From IMG/VR virus record IMGVR_UViG_2802429105_000002, positions 1,455 through 65,454 of that record: a DNA stretch of 64,000 bases, one strand, 5' to 3'. The notes under the pieces are model-generated. The model was given only the letters and a program-made list of their open reading frames with translations. It was not told the DNA's origin and searched no databases. A program made the position numbers and the translations under genes. The stretch comes from a virus. Of this stretch, positions 30,845 through 38,801 are shown piece after piece (the stretch's first letter is position 1; each line of letters starts with the position of its first letter).

Positions 30845-31420
30845 GTGAATATGCGCGACTACCCAACCGGTGAGTTGCAAGCGGTGCACAACGCTATCGC
30901 CGCTGAACTCGCCAATCGTCAACGTCAACTTGAAATACTTGCCGACGCATTAGACGCACTGCATGCCGCTGGCGCAAACGGTGCCGTACTTGACTGCCTG
31001 TATCAGGCAATTGACATCATCGACGCCAGCACAGTTGTCGATACCGCCGAGGCAGACGAGCCACCCGCGCCGGAACCCGAACTGACCAACCGTCAGAAGG
31101 CAATCGCAGATCTGCGCTCACTCGGATACGTTGCACCCGGCTATGACCAGTTGGTGAGGCTCTACCACCGAGACGTGGCAGAGATGGAATACCTACGCGC
31201 GGAAGCCGATACACGCGGGCACATGACTAAGCGCCAGCACGCCGGTAAGTACAACGCGCGCAATCTGTGGTTCTGCAACCTGCGCGAACTGCGCAAGTAC
31301 GCCAGCGACGAAATGCTGACATGGTTCGACACACACGGGCGCATCACCTACCGCATGTTGCGCGACCAGATGGACAGCGGCCAGCACTACGCCGGTTCCG
31401 GCTACATCAACAACCGATAG
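30845..31420 (+). CDS. Hypothetical protein
   Basis: Start re-called at GTG 30845 behind AAGGA; C-terminal KYASDEMLTWFDTHGRIT. Confidence 0.7.
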   Translation: MNMRDYPTGELQAVHNAIAAELANRQRQLEILADALDALHAAGANGAVLDCLYQAIDIIDASTVVDTAEADEPPAPEPELTNRQKAIADLRSLGYVAPGYDQLVRLYHRDVAEMEYLRAEADTRGHMTKRQHAGKYNARNLWFCNLRELRKYASDEMLTWFDTHGRITYRMLRDQMDSGQHYAGSGYINNR

Positions 31421-31440
31421 AGCAAGCAAGGGGGACTAAT

Positions 31441-31743
31441 GTGCCTAAACCCAAGGTAACAAACACTGTTCGCCACAACGGGCAGACCTACACGCGGACC
31501 GGACGCAGGTACAGCCACGCCGTGATCACTGTGACCTCGGCCACCGAGACCCACACCGGCAACCGATACCCGGCACTCGTGCAATGGGCAAGCAGTTTAG
31601 AGCTCGCGCAGCGCAACGCCGGCCAGATCGCCGGTCGCCGTGATCGTGCCCGCAGCGGAACCCTGCGCGGCGGTTGGGGTAGGGAATGGCATGCCAGAAT
31701 CACCGACATAGATGTCCTGCCCGTCGAGCACGAGGAAGGCTAG
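31441..31743 (+). CDS. Hypothetical protein
   Basis: GTG 31441 behind AAGGGGGA. Confidence 0.6.
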   Translation: MPKPKVTNTVRHNGQTYTRTGRRYSHAVITVTSATETHTGNRYPALVQWASSLELAQRNAGQIAGRRDRARSGTLRGGWGREWHARITDIDVLPVEHEEG

Positions 31744-31770
31744 ACGGGTAACTACTCCTGACGCCCTACC

Positions 31771-31799
31771 CTGCACAGCTTTTAATCGCCAAGCTGGAC
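31771..31799. repeat. 29-bp direct repeat copy 1 (internal hairpin)
   Basis: CTGCACAGCTTTTAATCGCCAAGCTGGAC; exact copy at 32159-32187. Confidence 0.9.
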
Positions 31800-31902
31800 C
31801 AAATTAGAACCGACCAGGAAGGAGTTGGGGACCAACAGATTTCCGATGAATAGAAACGTTGCCCCTGCCTGGTCGGCACCCCAAGCATAGAAGGAACCAC
31901 CC

Positions 31903-32121
31903 ATGACCGCACGCACGACATACACTCACACTATGACCGCGCCAGAACCTCCGGCAGACGCCGAACACCGCGCGACCGTCTACCAAGACGGCAAGGACGC
32001 CTACAAGGCCGGCACACCAGCACTAGGCAACCCACATATCCCCGCGCCACCCGGTGACCTAGACGATGCCCGCGCCTGGCGTGCCGGCTGGCACGTCGAA
32101 CGTCGCCGCGACGAACACTGA
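31903..32121 (+). CDS. Hypothetical protein
   Basis: ORF behind AAGGAA; GNPH...AWRAGW. Confidence 0.6.
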   Translation: MTARTTYTHTMTAPEPPADAEHRATVYQDGKDAYKAGTPALGNPHIPAPPGDLDDARAWRAGWHVERRRDEH

Positions 32122-32158
32122 ACCACGCAGCGCCAGTAACCGGCAGACACGCCCAACT

Positions 32159-32187
32159 CTGCACAGCTTTTAATCGCCAAGCTGGAC
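32159..32187. repeat. 29-bp direct repeat copy 2
   Basis: Identical to 31771-31799. Confidence 0.9.
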
Positions 32188-32199
32188 GAATTTCAGAAG

Positions 32200-32272
32200 C
32201 TCCAACGGATGGACTCGAACCACCAACCACCCCGTTAACAGCGGGACGCTCTGCCAATTGAGCTACGAAGGA
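32200..32272 (-). tRNA. tRNA-Asn(GTT)
   Basis: TAGCTCAATTGG D arm, loop CTGTTAA, GGTTCGAGTCC; two U-U mismatches in acceptor stem. Confidence 0.88.
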
Positions 32273-32440
32273 ATGAACATGGAACACACCATCGACGTAA
32301 CCCCAGACCACCAAGGGACAATCCGGTGGGCACAGAAGGTGCTAGCCGAAGCACCAGAGGGAAGTAACGACGCTCGCACTGCCCGCAAGGTACTAGCCGA
32401 ATTCGGCGTAGAGCCGTCCTCCGGAATCGAACCGGACTAA
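32273..32440 (+). CDS. Possible small protein between tRNAs
   Basis: MNMEHTIDVTPD...; internal KVLAE repeat; 3' end overlaps tRNA-Cys antisense. Confidence 0.4.
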   Translation: MNMEHTIDVTPDHQGTIRWAQKVLAEAPEGSNDARTARKVLAEFGVEPSSGIEPD

Positions 32441-32482
32441 CCAGCTTTGCAGGCCAGCACCTAACCAATCGGACACAACGGC
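32412..32482 (-). tRNA. tRNA-Cys(GCA)
   Basis: Loop CTGCAAA, GGTTCGATTCC, U discriminator. Confidence 0.85.
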
Positions 32483-32488
32483 ACAAAG

Positions 32489-32560
32489 TGGACCATCGGG
32501 GAATCGAACCCCGGACTCCTGCGTGCAAAACAGGAATTTTACCGACTAAACTAACGGCCC
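32489..32560 (-). tRNA. tRNA-Ala(TGC)
   Basis: Loop TTTGCAC, G3:U70 pair, GGTTCGATTCC. Confidence 0.88.
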
Positions 32561-32564
32561 TGAG

Positions 32565-32653
32565 TGGAAAGCAGAGGACTCGCACCTCAAGCGCCATTAC
32601 GCGCTACCCAGTTTTCAAGACTGGTCGCAGGACTCCCCGCTGCATTACTTTCC
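32565..32653 (-). tRNA. tRNA-Ser(TGA), atypical
   Basis: CCAGT-CTTGAAA-ACTGG, long variable arm; T loop TGCGAGT and unusual D arm. Confidence 0.7.
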
Positions 32654-32731
32654 CCATACATTCGAGGCCAGCACTGAATATGTGTGCACCGCTACCTAAG
32701 GCGTGGTCCTCTCCGACCCGCAACCCATCTG

Positions 32732-32803
32732 TCCCCCGCCAGGGAATCGAACCCCGGACATGCTGGTTAAGAGCCAGCAGCTCTACCACTGAGCTAGCGA
32801 GGG
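32732..32803 (-). tRNA. tRNA-Lys(CTT)
   Basis: GCTGG-CTCTTAA-CCAGC; canonical D and T arms. Confidence 0.9.
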
Positions 32804-32818
32804 CTGTACGCTCTCCTA

Positions 32819-33001
32819 ATGGAGATGCACCACGACGACCTAACGAAAAATGCATACGCCCTTGCCAACGAGGCACATGGGGTGCTTATCTCGGTTTCGA
32901 CGCCGACAGAAACTAGCGAGATTCTTCAATACGCTACTGCAAATGCGTTAGTCTCGATTGCTCTGTCTCTGGCCGCAGCGCGAGTAAAAGAACTCGAATG
33001 A
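32819..33001 (+). CDS. Possible small protein between tRNAs
   Basis: 60 aa ORF filling the Lys-Gly spacer. Confidence 0.35.
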   Translation: MEMHHDDLTKNAYALANEAHGVLISVSTPTETSEILQYATANALVSIALSLAAARVKELE

Positions 33002-33003
33002 AG

Positions 33004-33076
33004 TGTGGTAAGCGAGATTTGAACTCGCGTCACCTGCTTGGAAGGCAGGGGTACTAGGCCGCTATACGACTACCAC
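33004..33076 (-). tRNA. tRNA-Gly(TCC)
   Basis: CCTGC-CTTCCAA-GCAGG; GTTCAAATC. Confidence 0.88.
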
Positions 33077-33078
33077 AA

Positions 33079-33441
33079 TCAACTATCCAACATATTCACG
33101 CGCCGACTAACTGCATGCGCCGCCGCCGCATGAGCATACTCAAGACTACGCGCCATATCCGCAAACAAATCGGAAACAATACACAGAACCCCAGGCGTGA
33201 GTTCACCATCTGCCCACGAAACTAGATGACGAAGCGGCGAATCTGTACTAATCCTGCCGAACTCGCAGTCCTCGACTATCTCAAAGAACTTGTTCCGGAT
33301 GTCTACGTACTGATCACGCGCCTTATCCTCCGGCATACTTCTGCTCGTATTTTCGTGAAGGCGCAACCGCTTCTCAAGGGAATGCAGTCTCTCGGCGCTC
33401 TCACGGAGATATTCAGGGTGCCAAATCATAGGAATCGCCAT
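33079..33441 (-). CDS. Hypothetical protein inserted in tRNA array
   Basis: Start re-called at ATG 33441 to avoid tRNA-Glu; 120 aa, helical. Confidence 0.55.
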   Translation of the reverse strand: MAIPMIWHPEYLRESAERLHSLEKRLRLHENTSRSMPEDKARDQYVDIRNKFFEIVEDCEFGRISTDSPLRHLVSWADGELTPGVLCIVSDLFADMARSLEYAHAAAAHAVSRRVNMLDS

Positions 33442-33462
33442 GAGACTGATGATAGCTGGTTG

Positions 33463-33534
33463 CATCACGGACGGGGATCGAACCCGCAATCTCCAGGTTG
33501 AGAGCCTAGCGAGATACCATTACTCCACCGCGAC
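33463..33534 (-). tRNA. tRNA-Glu(CTC)
   Basis: CTAGG-CTCTCAA-CCTGG; GGTTCGATCCC. Confidence 0.85.
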
Positions 33535-33542
33535 ATTTCAAG

Positions 33543-33615
33543 CACCTACGCAAGGATTCGAACCTCAATTACCGGAACCAGAATCCGGTGTCATGCCAAA
33601 TTAGACCACATAGGT
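33543..33615 (-). tRNA. tRNA-Gln(CTG)
   Basis: CCGGA-TTCTGGT-TCCGG; GGTTCGAATCC. Confidence 0.88.
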
Positions 33616-33616
33616 A

Positions 33617-33691
33617 TGGCGGCGATAGCCGGGAATCGAACCCAAGTATTCCGGGCCACAACCGGACGCTCTACCACTGAGCTACTACGCG
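33617..33691 (-). tRNA. tRNA-His(GTG)
   Basis: TCCGG-TTGTGGC-CCGGA; ends GCCA; imperfect acceptor stem. Confidence 0.82.
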
Positions 33692-33765
33692 TAGTTCCGG
33701 TGCGACTCGAACGCACACTAAACCGGGTCTAAGCCGGAATCCTCTGCCAATTGGGATACGGAACC
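33692..33765 (-). tRNA. tRNA-Leu(TAG), short variable arm
   Basis: Loop CTTAGAC; 5-nt variable region; GTGCG-TTCGAGT-CGCAC. Confidence 0.82.
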
Positions 33766-33841
33766 AAAGCCGGATATACCGCCGACAATCGGTGATCAGG
33801 CATCCAGGTTTACCCGCTCCTCGCGGAACCGTGGCCTATTG

Positions 33842-33914
33842 CAACCCGGACAGGAATCGAACCTGCAACGACCCGCTTTGGAGACGGGCGCTCTACCAGT
33901 TGAGCTACCGAGCT
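33842..33914 (-). tRNA. tRNA-Trp(CCA)
   Basis: CCCGT-CTCCAAA-GCGGG; canonical arms. Confidence 0.9.
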
Positions 33915-33920
33915 ATGCGC

Positions 33921-34325
33921 CTATTTCGTCCACATGAAAACAGCATCGTCCCAAACCCCAGGAATACGCGTAACCACTAGGTATCCCACAAGAGGCGTCA
34001 AAACTCCTAGAAATAGGCCGACGTTGAAAGTGAAGAAATCTCTATCACTTGAGTCTGCTTTTCTGGAATCCAAAACACCACTAACGGAAGCCAGCATAAG
34101 GATGAAAAATAGTGCACACACCAGAAGAATAATGATCGGCTTCAATATTGAAAGCCAAAACGCAATCACAGGCGTCGGAAAATGCGAGTAACCTGAGCTG
34201 ACTTCCTGATACCTTCTTGCATTCTCCATAAGCTCAGGCCACTTATGCCACGCCCAAGTGAGTATTGCGAACGCGACGGCAGCAATCAACCCGCCAGCCG
34301 CGTTAACGAATACCTTGGAAGACAT
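33921..34325 (-). CDS. Membrane protein inserted in tRNA array
   Basis: Start re-called at ATG 34325; about 3 hydrophobic segments; visibly AT-richer than flanks. Confidence 0.6.
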   Translation of the reverse strand: MSSKVFVNAAGGLIAAVAFAILTWAWHKWPELMENARRYQEVSSGYSHFPTPVIAFWLSILKPIIILLVCALFFILMLASVSGVLDSRKADSSDRDFFTFNVGLFLGVLTPLVGYLVVTRIPGVWDDAVFMWTK

Positions 34326-34398
34326 TTTCTCATGTTCCCGCCCTGTCACCGCGCCAGTATCCCATGCGCAGACGCCCCCTGGAGCGCCGCGCCGAACG

Positions 34399-34482
34399 TA
34401 CGCAGGGAGGGAATCGAACCCCCGTAGCCGAAGCGCCAGATTTACAGTCTGGAGGGCCTTGCCCAACAAGCCCAACCTGCGC
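34399..34482 (-). tRNA. tRNA-Tyr(GTA)
   Basis: CCAGA-CTGTAAA-TCTGG; long variable arm. Confidence 0.88.
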
Positions 34483-34483
34483 G

Positions 34484-34560
34484 TGGTCTGACTACAGGGA
34501 TTTGAACCCCGAACCCCTGGCACCCAAAGCCAGCGCTCTACCAAATTGAGCTACAGTCAG
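34484..34560 (-). tRNA. tRNA-Pro(TGG)
   Basis: CTGGC-TTTGGGT-GCCAG; encoded CCA end. Confidence 0.92.
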
Positions 34561-34667
34561 TCATCTCGCAACCTTTCCGCAGGTCGCGAACGTCAAGAGC
34601 CGCAAACCGGCCCCAAGTTTTCTGATTCCGGTTTACGTGCTGGTCATCATGGTCTACGTTGTTCCCT

Positions 34668-35906
34668 ATGTCTCGCGACAAGACCTCTCGCAACCAGTAC
34701 AAGACGTACTGGTTGCGGAATCTGCAACGCCACCCAGGTGGGCCGGAGGCTAAACGCCCCATCTCACGCACCGCCACAAGAACCCTGGCCGCCTTCTCCA
34801 TCGCCGCTATCGCGATAGCGGGTGCGAAGGTTGCCAGCGACCACACCATGCCTGGTAGTGGGTTCTCGACCGTGGCGACCGTGGCAGCGGACCCAACAGG
34901 ACCAACCGGAGGCGGGATGGGTCCTGGCGGAATGAACGGCTCTCAATTCAGTCCACCTGGTTTACCGCCACAGCAACCCGACTATCAGGGCGGCATCAAT
35001 CAACCACCCCTGAATCAGGACGGTGGGGTGAGCATATATAATACGGGATCACCTGGTGCGCAACAGGTTCCAGGCCAGCAGGGGGGTCAACCACAGCAGA
35101 GCTGGGACCAGCCTGCACATGGCACACAACCCCCTAATTACTCGACTGCCCCCGGATACACCCAAGGCCCCGGCAAGCCGAACCCGGACTACCAAGCGCC
35201 GCAACAACAGTCGCCGCAACAGGGCCAACAACCCCAGCAGCAACCGAGCCAAGCCCCCACACAGACTCAGCAGCCCGACCAGCCGCAGAACAAGCAGGAC
35301 GACACCACCCGGCAGATGGACCAGCGTCAGCAGAAGTGTCAAGCGGCATTAACCAAACTCGGATACACGGCAGCCGCTACCGCACCGTCAGTGATCGGTG
35401 GTGGTGGCCGTACACCGATCTGGTTTGATCCACGCCTTGACCCCATTCCCGCGCCCGATCCTGGTGGGTGCACCTCAGGTTGCGACGAGCCGCAGACTAG
35501 CCAGTCCGACTCCCAGCGTCTTGACGATATCGAGAAACGACTGCAAGAAAATGAGAAACGCACCGATGACTTGCAAAAGGATAACGATAAGATCAAGGAC
35601 GAAAACCGCAAACTGAATTGCCAAGCAACCAAGGACTTCTCGAAGTGCCCAGACCTGCGCCGCAAGCCAGTCAAACCCAAGGACCAACAGTGCGAGGGGA
35701 CTATCAGTAACCCCACGCCACTATGCAAGTTGAATCCCTATGACACCAAGTACTGCACCGCCGGTGAGGTACTTTCCAAGCAGTACGATATCGCTAAGGC
35801 GGTCCTTGGCACCGTGGGAAGTATCTTCTCGGGGCCAGGGGCGTTCAAAGATGTGTCAAAAGCAGTCGATGAGTTCACCAAGCAATGCCAACAAGGGGCA
35901 CCATAA
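34668..35906 (+). CDS. Secreted Pro/Gln-rich protein with Cys-containing C-terminal region
   Basis: Signal/TM segment, AADPTGPTG, long P/Q low-complexity linker, coiled coil, multiple Cys; probable start ATG 34668. Confidence 0.75.
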   Translation: MSRDKTSRNQYKTYWLRNLQRHPGGPEAKRPISRTATRTLAAFSIAAIAIAGAKVASDHTMPGSGFSTVATVAADPTGPTGGGMGPGGMNGSQFSPPGLPPQQPDYQGGINQPPLNQDGGVSIYNTGSPGAQQVPGQQGGQPQQSWDQPAHGTQPPNYSTAPGYTQGPGKPNPDYQAPQQQSPQQGQQPQQQPSQAPTQTQQPDQPQNKQDDTTRQMDQRQQKCQAALTKLGYTAAATAPSVIGGGGRTPIWFDPRLDPIPAPDPGGCTSGCDEPQTSQSDSQRLDDIEKRLQENEKRTDDLQKDNDKIKDENRKLNCQATKDFSKCPDLRRKPVKPKDQQCEGTISNPTPLCKLNPYDTKYCTAGEVLSKQYDIAKAVLGTVGSIFSGPGAFKDVSKAVDEFTKQCQQGAP

Positions 35907-36094
35907 TGTCAGCAGAAAGCGTCCAGACAGTCTTATTTGTCGCGATACCTCTGGGTGCTGTCGCAGCGGTGCTCGCGCTCATTGTCGCGCTGATCGTGTT
36001 CGTGTCCCGTCGCGCGAAGCGCCGCAACCAGCAGCCTCAACCGCTGGACGATGACCCGTCAACCGAAGTGCAGACAGGCCGACATGCAGAGTAA
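35906..36094 (+). CDS. Small single-TM protein
   Basis: TAATG overlap; one long hydrophobic helix followed by RRAKRR. Confidence 0.6.
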   Translation: MSAESVQTVLFVAIPLGAVAAVLALIVALIVFVSRRAKRRNQQPQPLDDDPSTEVQTGRHAE

Positions 36095-36629
36095 GTTAAT
36101 CGTCTGTTGCATAACGGTATTCACTGCCACGGCATGCGGTACTTCACAGCCAGGAGCAGACGTAAGCACGGCCCCCAATTTCGACCAGATAACCGGCCAA
36201 TACCCGGAGCAACCAGCCGGCATTCCTGGCGAAGCCATCGCGCCCATCGGATCATGCGTAAGCCTTAAGGGGCCAAGGGAGAAACCGTCGCTGAAAGTGG
36301 TTGACTGCGGCTCACCGGCTAACGGCTACAAAGTGATACAGCGAGTTTCCATGCCCGACCAGTGTGTCAAAGACGCCGAGCAGCGGTTCTACCTTGACAC
36401 TCCCGATGGTGGATTCGCGGCCTGCCTGGACTACGCGTGGAGCACAAAAGACTGCCTCAGCATCGGCAAGGTGTCCGTTGTGCGCGCCGCGTGCAACGAC
36501 AACACAGCGCCCCGGCGTGAGAAGCCGATCAGCATCGTCTACGACACCCAAACAGCGGGTGTGTGCCCAACAGGCGGATTCGCCCACCCGATACGCCGGT
36601 TCACCATCTGCACTGAACCTCAGCACTAA
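36084..36629 (+). CDS. LppU-like lipoprotein
   Basis: Lipobox TATAC; GSCVSL...VDCGS...YKVIQRV...ACLDYAW...FTIC Cys pattern. Confidence 0.75.
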   Translation: MQSKLIVCCITVFTATACGTSQPGADVSTAPNFDQITGQYPEQPAGIPGEAIAPIGSCVSLKGPREKPSLKVVDCGSPANGYKVIQRVSMPDQCVKDAEQRFYLDTPDGGFAACLDYAWSTKDCLSIGKVSVVRAACNDNTAPRREKPISIVYDTQTAGVCPTGGFAHPIRRFTICTEPQH

Positions 36630-36631
36630 CG

Positions 36632-36705
36632 TCGCATCGGCAGGGATTGAACCTGCGACCTCCGACTTATCAGGTCGGCGCGCTAACCAACTGCGCCACA
36701 ATGCG
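36632..36705 (-). tRNA. tRNA-Ile(GAT)
   Basis: CCGAC-CTGATAA-GTCGG; GGTTCAATCC. Confidence 0.9.
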
Positions 36706-36767
36706 ATTACTACTTACCCCACACGCTTCACCGCTCAAGACGGGAGAGGCGACACATGGGGACTACG

Positions 36768-36843
36768 TTGCGCAGGCGGGATTCGAACCCGCGACCTCAC
36801 AGCTTATGAGACTGGCGAGCTGACCAAACTGCTCTACCGCGCA
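36768..36843 (-). tRNA. tRNA-Met(CAT)
   Basis: Loop CTCATAA; initiator-like D arm but lacks three G-C anticodon-stem pairs. Confidence 0.85.
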
Positions 36844-36885
36844 ATAGATCATCTATCCGGGGAAGACGATCAAAACCCAAGACGG

Positions 36886-37527
36886 CTAGGACCAAAACGC
36901 CGCGCTATCGAACTTCTGCCCACCTGAACGCAGAGCCGACCGCAACGAGGCCCTCAAGGCGACCGCCTCCGCGCCTTTCCTCGGTCTGGTCGCCCAGCCG
37001 AAGAACATGACTACCCCGGCCAAGATAAAATCCGCGAACGCGCCGTAAAAGAAATAATCCATTCCACGATTCGGTTTCGGATAAGCGATTTGCACTTGAG
37101 GGATTATAGCTAAAGAGATCAGGCCGAAGCCGAACAGCCCTATCGTGAAACCAACGATTTTTGCGAAATCACCCGGCACCCGCCCCAGCCTGAAACAGGC
37201 ATACAGCAATGCGAAAGCGATTACCGCCATTATCACCGTCTGGTAGTAAATATGCAGTGCGGAAGAAATCAACTGCATCGCAGGCAGATGCTTAAGTTGA
37301 TCCAACTCATCCGGAGTAGGTGGGTGGGCAGACTGATAGGTCCACAGAAGGGTGCCGGTGGCCATAGCCAGGGCCAGTAACGACGCGCACTCGATCAGCT
37401 TGCTGATAAAGGTGGCGACCTTGCGTTCTGACAGCCCAATCACCTTGGACAACAACATCATCGAACTCTGTCCGATACTCAGCATCGCCAGCATCGCGGA
37501 CATCAACACCCACACCGGATCGTCCAT
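36886..37527 (-). CDS. Multi-pass membrane protein inserted in tRNA array
   Basis: Start re-called at ATG 37527; about 5 hydrophobic segments. Confidence 0.6.
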   Translation of the reverse strand: MDDPVWVLMSAMLAMLSIGQSSMMLLSKVIGLSERKVATFISKLIECASLLALAMATGTLLWTYQSAHPPTPDELDQLKHLPAMQLISSALHIYYQTVIMAVIAFALLYACFRLGRVPGDFAKIVGFTIGLFGFGLISLAIIPQVQIAYPKPNRGMDYFFYGAFADFILAGVVMFFGWATRPRKGAEAVALRASLRSALRSGGQKFDSAAFWS

Positions 37528-37549
37528 GCCGACACAATACGATCCCCCG

Positions 37550-37622
37550 AGCTGCCTGCGTGGATCGAACACGCGACCTGTAGCTTACGAGACGACCGCT
37601 CTACCAACTGAGCTAAGGCAGC
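37550..37622 (-). tRNA. tRNA-Thr(CGT)
   Basis: Loop CTCGTAA; perfect acceptor stem GCTGCCT/AGGCAGC. Confidence 0.88.
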
Positions 37623-37628
37623 AATACG

Positions 37629-37702
37629 TAGTCCGGGTGGGAGTCGAACCCACACGCACCACATTTTGAGTGTGGCGGCTTTGCCGATTTGCCTACCGAA
37701 CC
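37629..37702 (-). tRNA. tRNA-Leu(CAA), short variable arm
   Basis: CCACA-CTCAAAA-TGTGG; 5-nt variable region. Confidence 0.82.
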
Positions 37703-37708
37703 AAGGAG

Positions 37709-37894
37709 CTAGTCAGCTCCAGACAACAGTGCTCGCGCATAGCGCAAGTCCCGCAATGCATTCAACAAACCGCCGTCACCATCGGTGTACTTGCGTGCGA
37801 AGTCAGACATTTCGTCCGGGTATCCGCCGGCCTGGTAGGCGTAGCCGGTCACCTGGATTACCTCGTCAATCTGTTCAAGAGTCGGCAATGTCAT
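37709..37894 (-). CDS. Hypothetical protein
   Basis: Start re-called at ATG 37894 (ATGA overlap with upstream ORF). Confidence 0.5.
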   Translation of the reverse strand: MTLPTLEQIDEVIQVTGYAYQAGGYPDEMSDFARKYTDGDGGLLNALRDLRYARALLSGAD

Positions 37895-38145
37895 CTCAGG
37901 AACCCCCGATGTGGTCGCTCGTCGGCAGCGGGCCGCGTGCTGGCCAGCGGGTACCTCATCGTCATCCCGTTGGCTAGCTTGTAGTCCTCGCATCGATCAC
38001 ACTCGCAACTCGGCGCATAGCACCAATCAGCCGCATTCGGCATGAAACAACTCCCCCGCGCGCTCCAACACAACATCACCAAGTCGAACCATGTCGTCAC
38101 ACACATCGCAGCGGCACTCGACATCAGAGATGTACTCGCTACGGT

Positions 38146-38391
38146 TCACTCATCATCCCCGTAACCCTCAGTGCGAGAAGCGATAATCGACATCACGTTA
38201 TCCGCAAGGATGTATGCGCGAGCCCACTCGATAAGACTCAAATACTCCGGTTCCTCAAGCTCGTCACCACCGGCAGCCTGCGACAAATCGACCACATGCA
38301 AATCGCCGTCGCCGTCGATGTACTTGATAATCCGAAGCTCGGAAACCATGATGTTCGATTCGTCGTCAAATTCAGACACTATGCAAACCAA
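38146..38391 (-). CDS. Hypothetical acidic protein
   Basis: ORF in operon. Confidence 0.55.
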   Translation of the reverse strand: MVCIVSEFDDESNIMVSELRIIKYIDGDGDLHVVDLSQAAGGDELEEPEYLSLIEWARAYILADNVMSIIASRTEGYGDDE

Positions 38392-38801
38392 TCCCGAGAC
38401 ACCTTGTGCCTCGCCTTAACAACCACACGGTCACCGAGCGTCTGATTGCACTTCAAATGCATCGGCTCAAGGTTCCGGTGATCTGTCAACAACTTTGAGT
38501 CCGGCTGTAGCTTGGACACGGGGATCTTGTGGTTCGCAGACGCAGACCACGGATTTGCCTTCCGCGCATGACCTTTGCACCCATCCCCGCACGTACGCGG
38601 AATCATGTGTGCCGTCTCCACCGTGTACCGGTCCGTATTCACGTACTGGCAGATAGGTTTCAACGTCAGGTCAATCGCCTGGTGGCAGCCTGCGCACACT
38701 TGAGAGGCCCGCAGAGCCCGTTTCCGAGCTTTCAGGTAGTCAGCCTCGGTACGGCCACTCCCACGCTTCCCAGCGCTCTTCCGCAGATTCCCCGGCATCA
38801 T
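38379..38801 (-). CDS. HNH endonuclease
   Basis: CAGC...NHKIP...NLEPMHLKCN; start re-called at ATG 38801. Confidence 0.75.
   Translation of the reverse strand: MMPGNLRKSAGKRGSGRTEADYLKARKRALRASQVCAGCHQAIDLTLKPICQYVNTDRYTVETAHMIPRTCGDGCKGHARKANPWSASANHKIPVSKLQPDSKLLTDHRNLEPMHLKCNQTLGDRVVVKARHKVSRDWFA

Noticed and set aside
32565..32653. Selenocysteine or opal-suppressor tRNA
   Set aside because: The anticodon is TGA (reads TCA, Ser), not TCA.
32235..32916. ORF-track ORFs spanning the tRNA genes
   Set aside because: They translate tRNA sequence and have no protein features.
33692..33765. Amber suppressor tRNA
   Set aside because: The anticodon is TAG (reads CTA, Leu); a suppressor would need CTA.
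35060..35300. Tandem DNA repeat (CAG/CAA-rich)
   Set aside because: Explained by the Pro/Gln-rich linker of the secreted protein.
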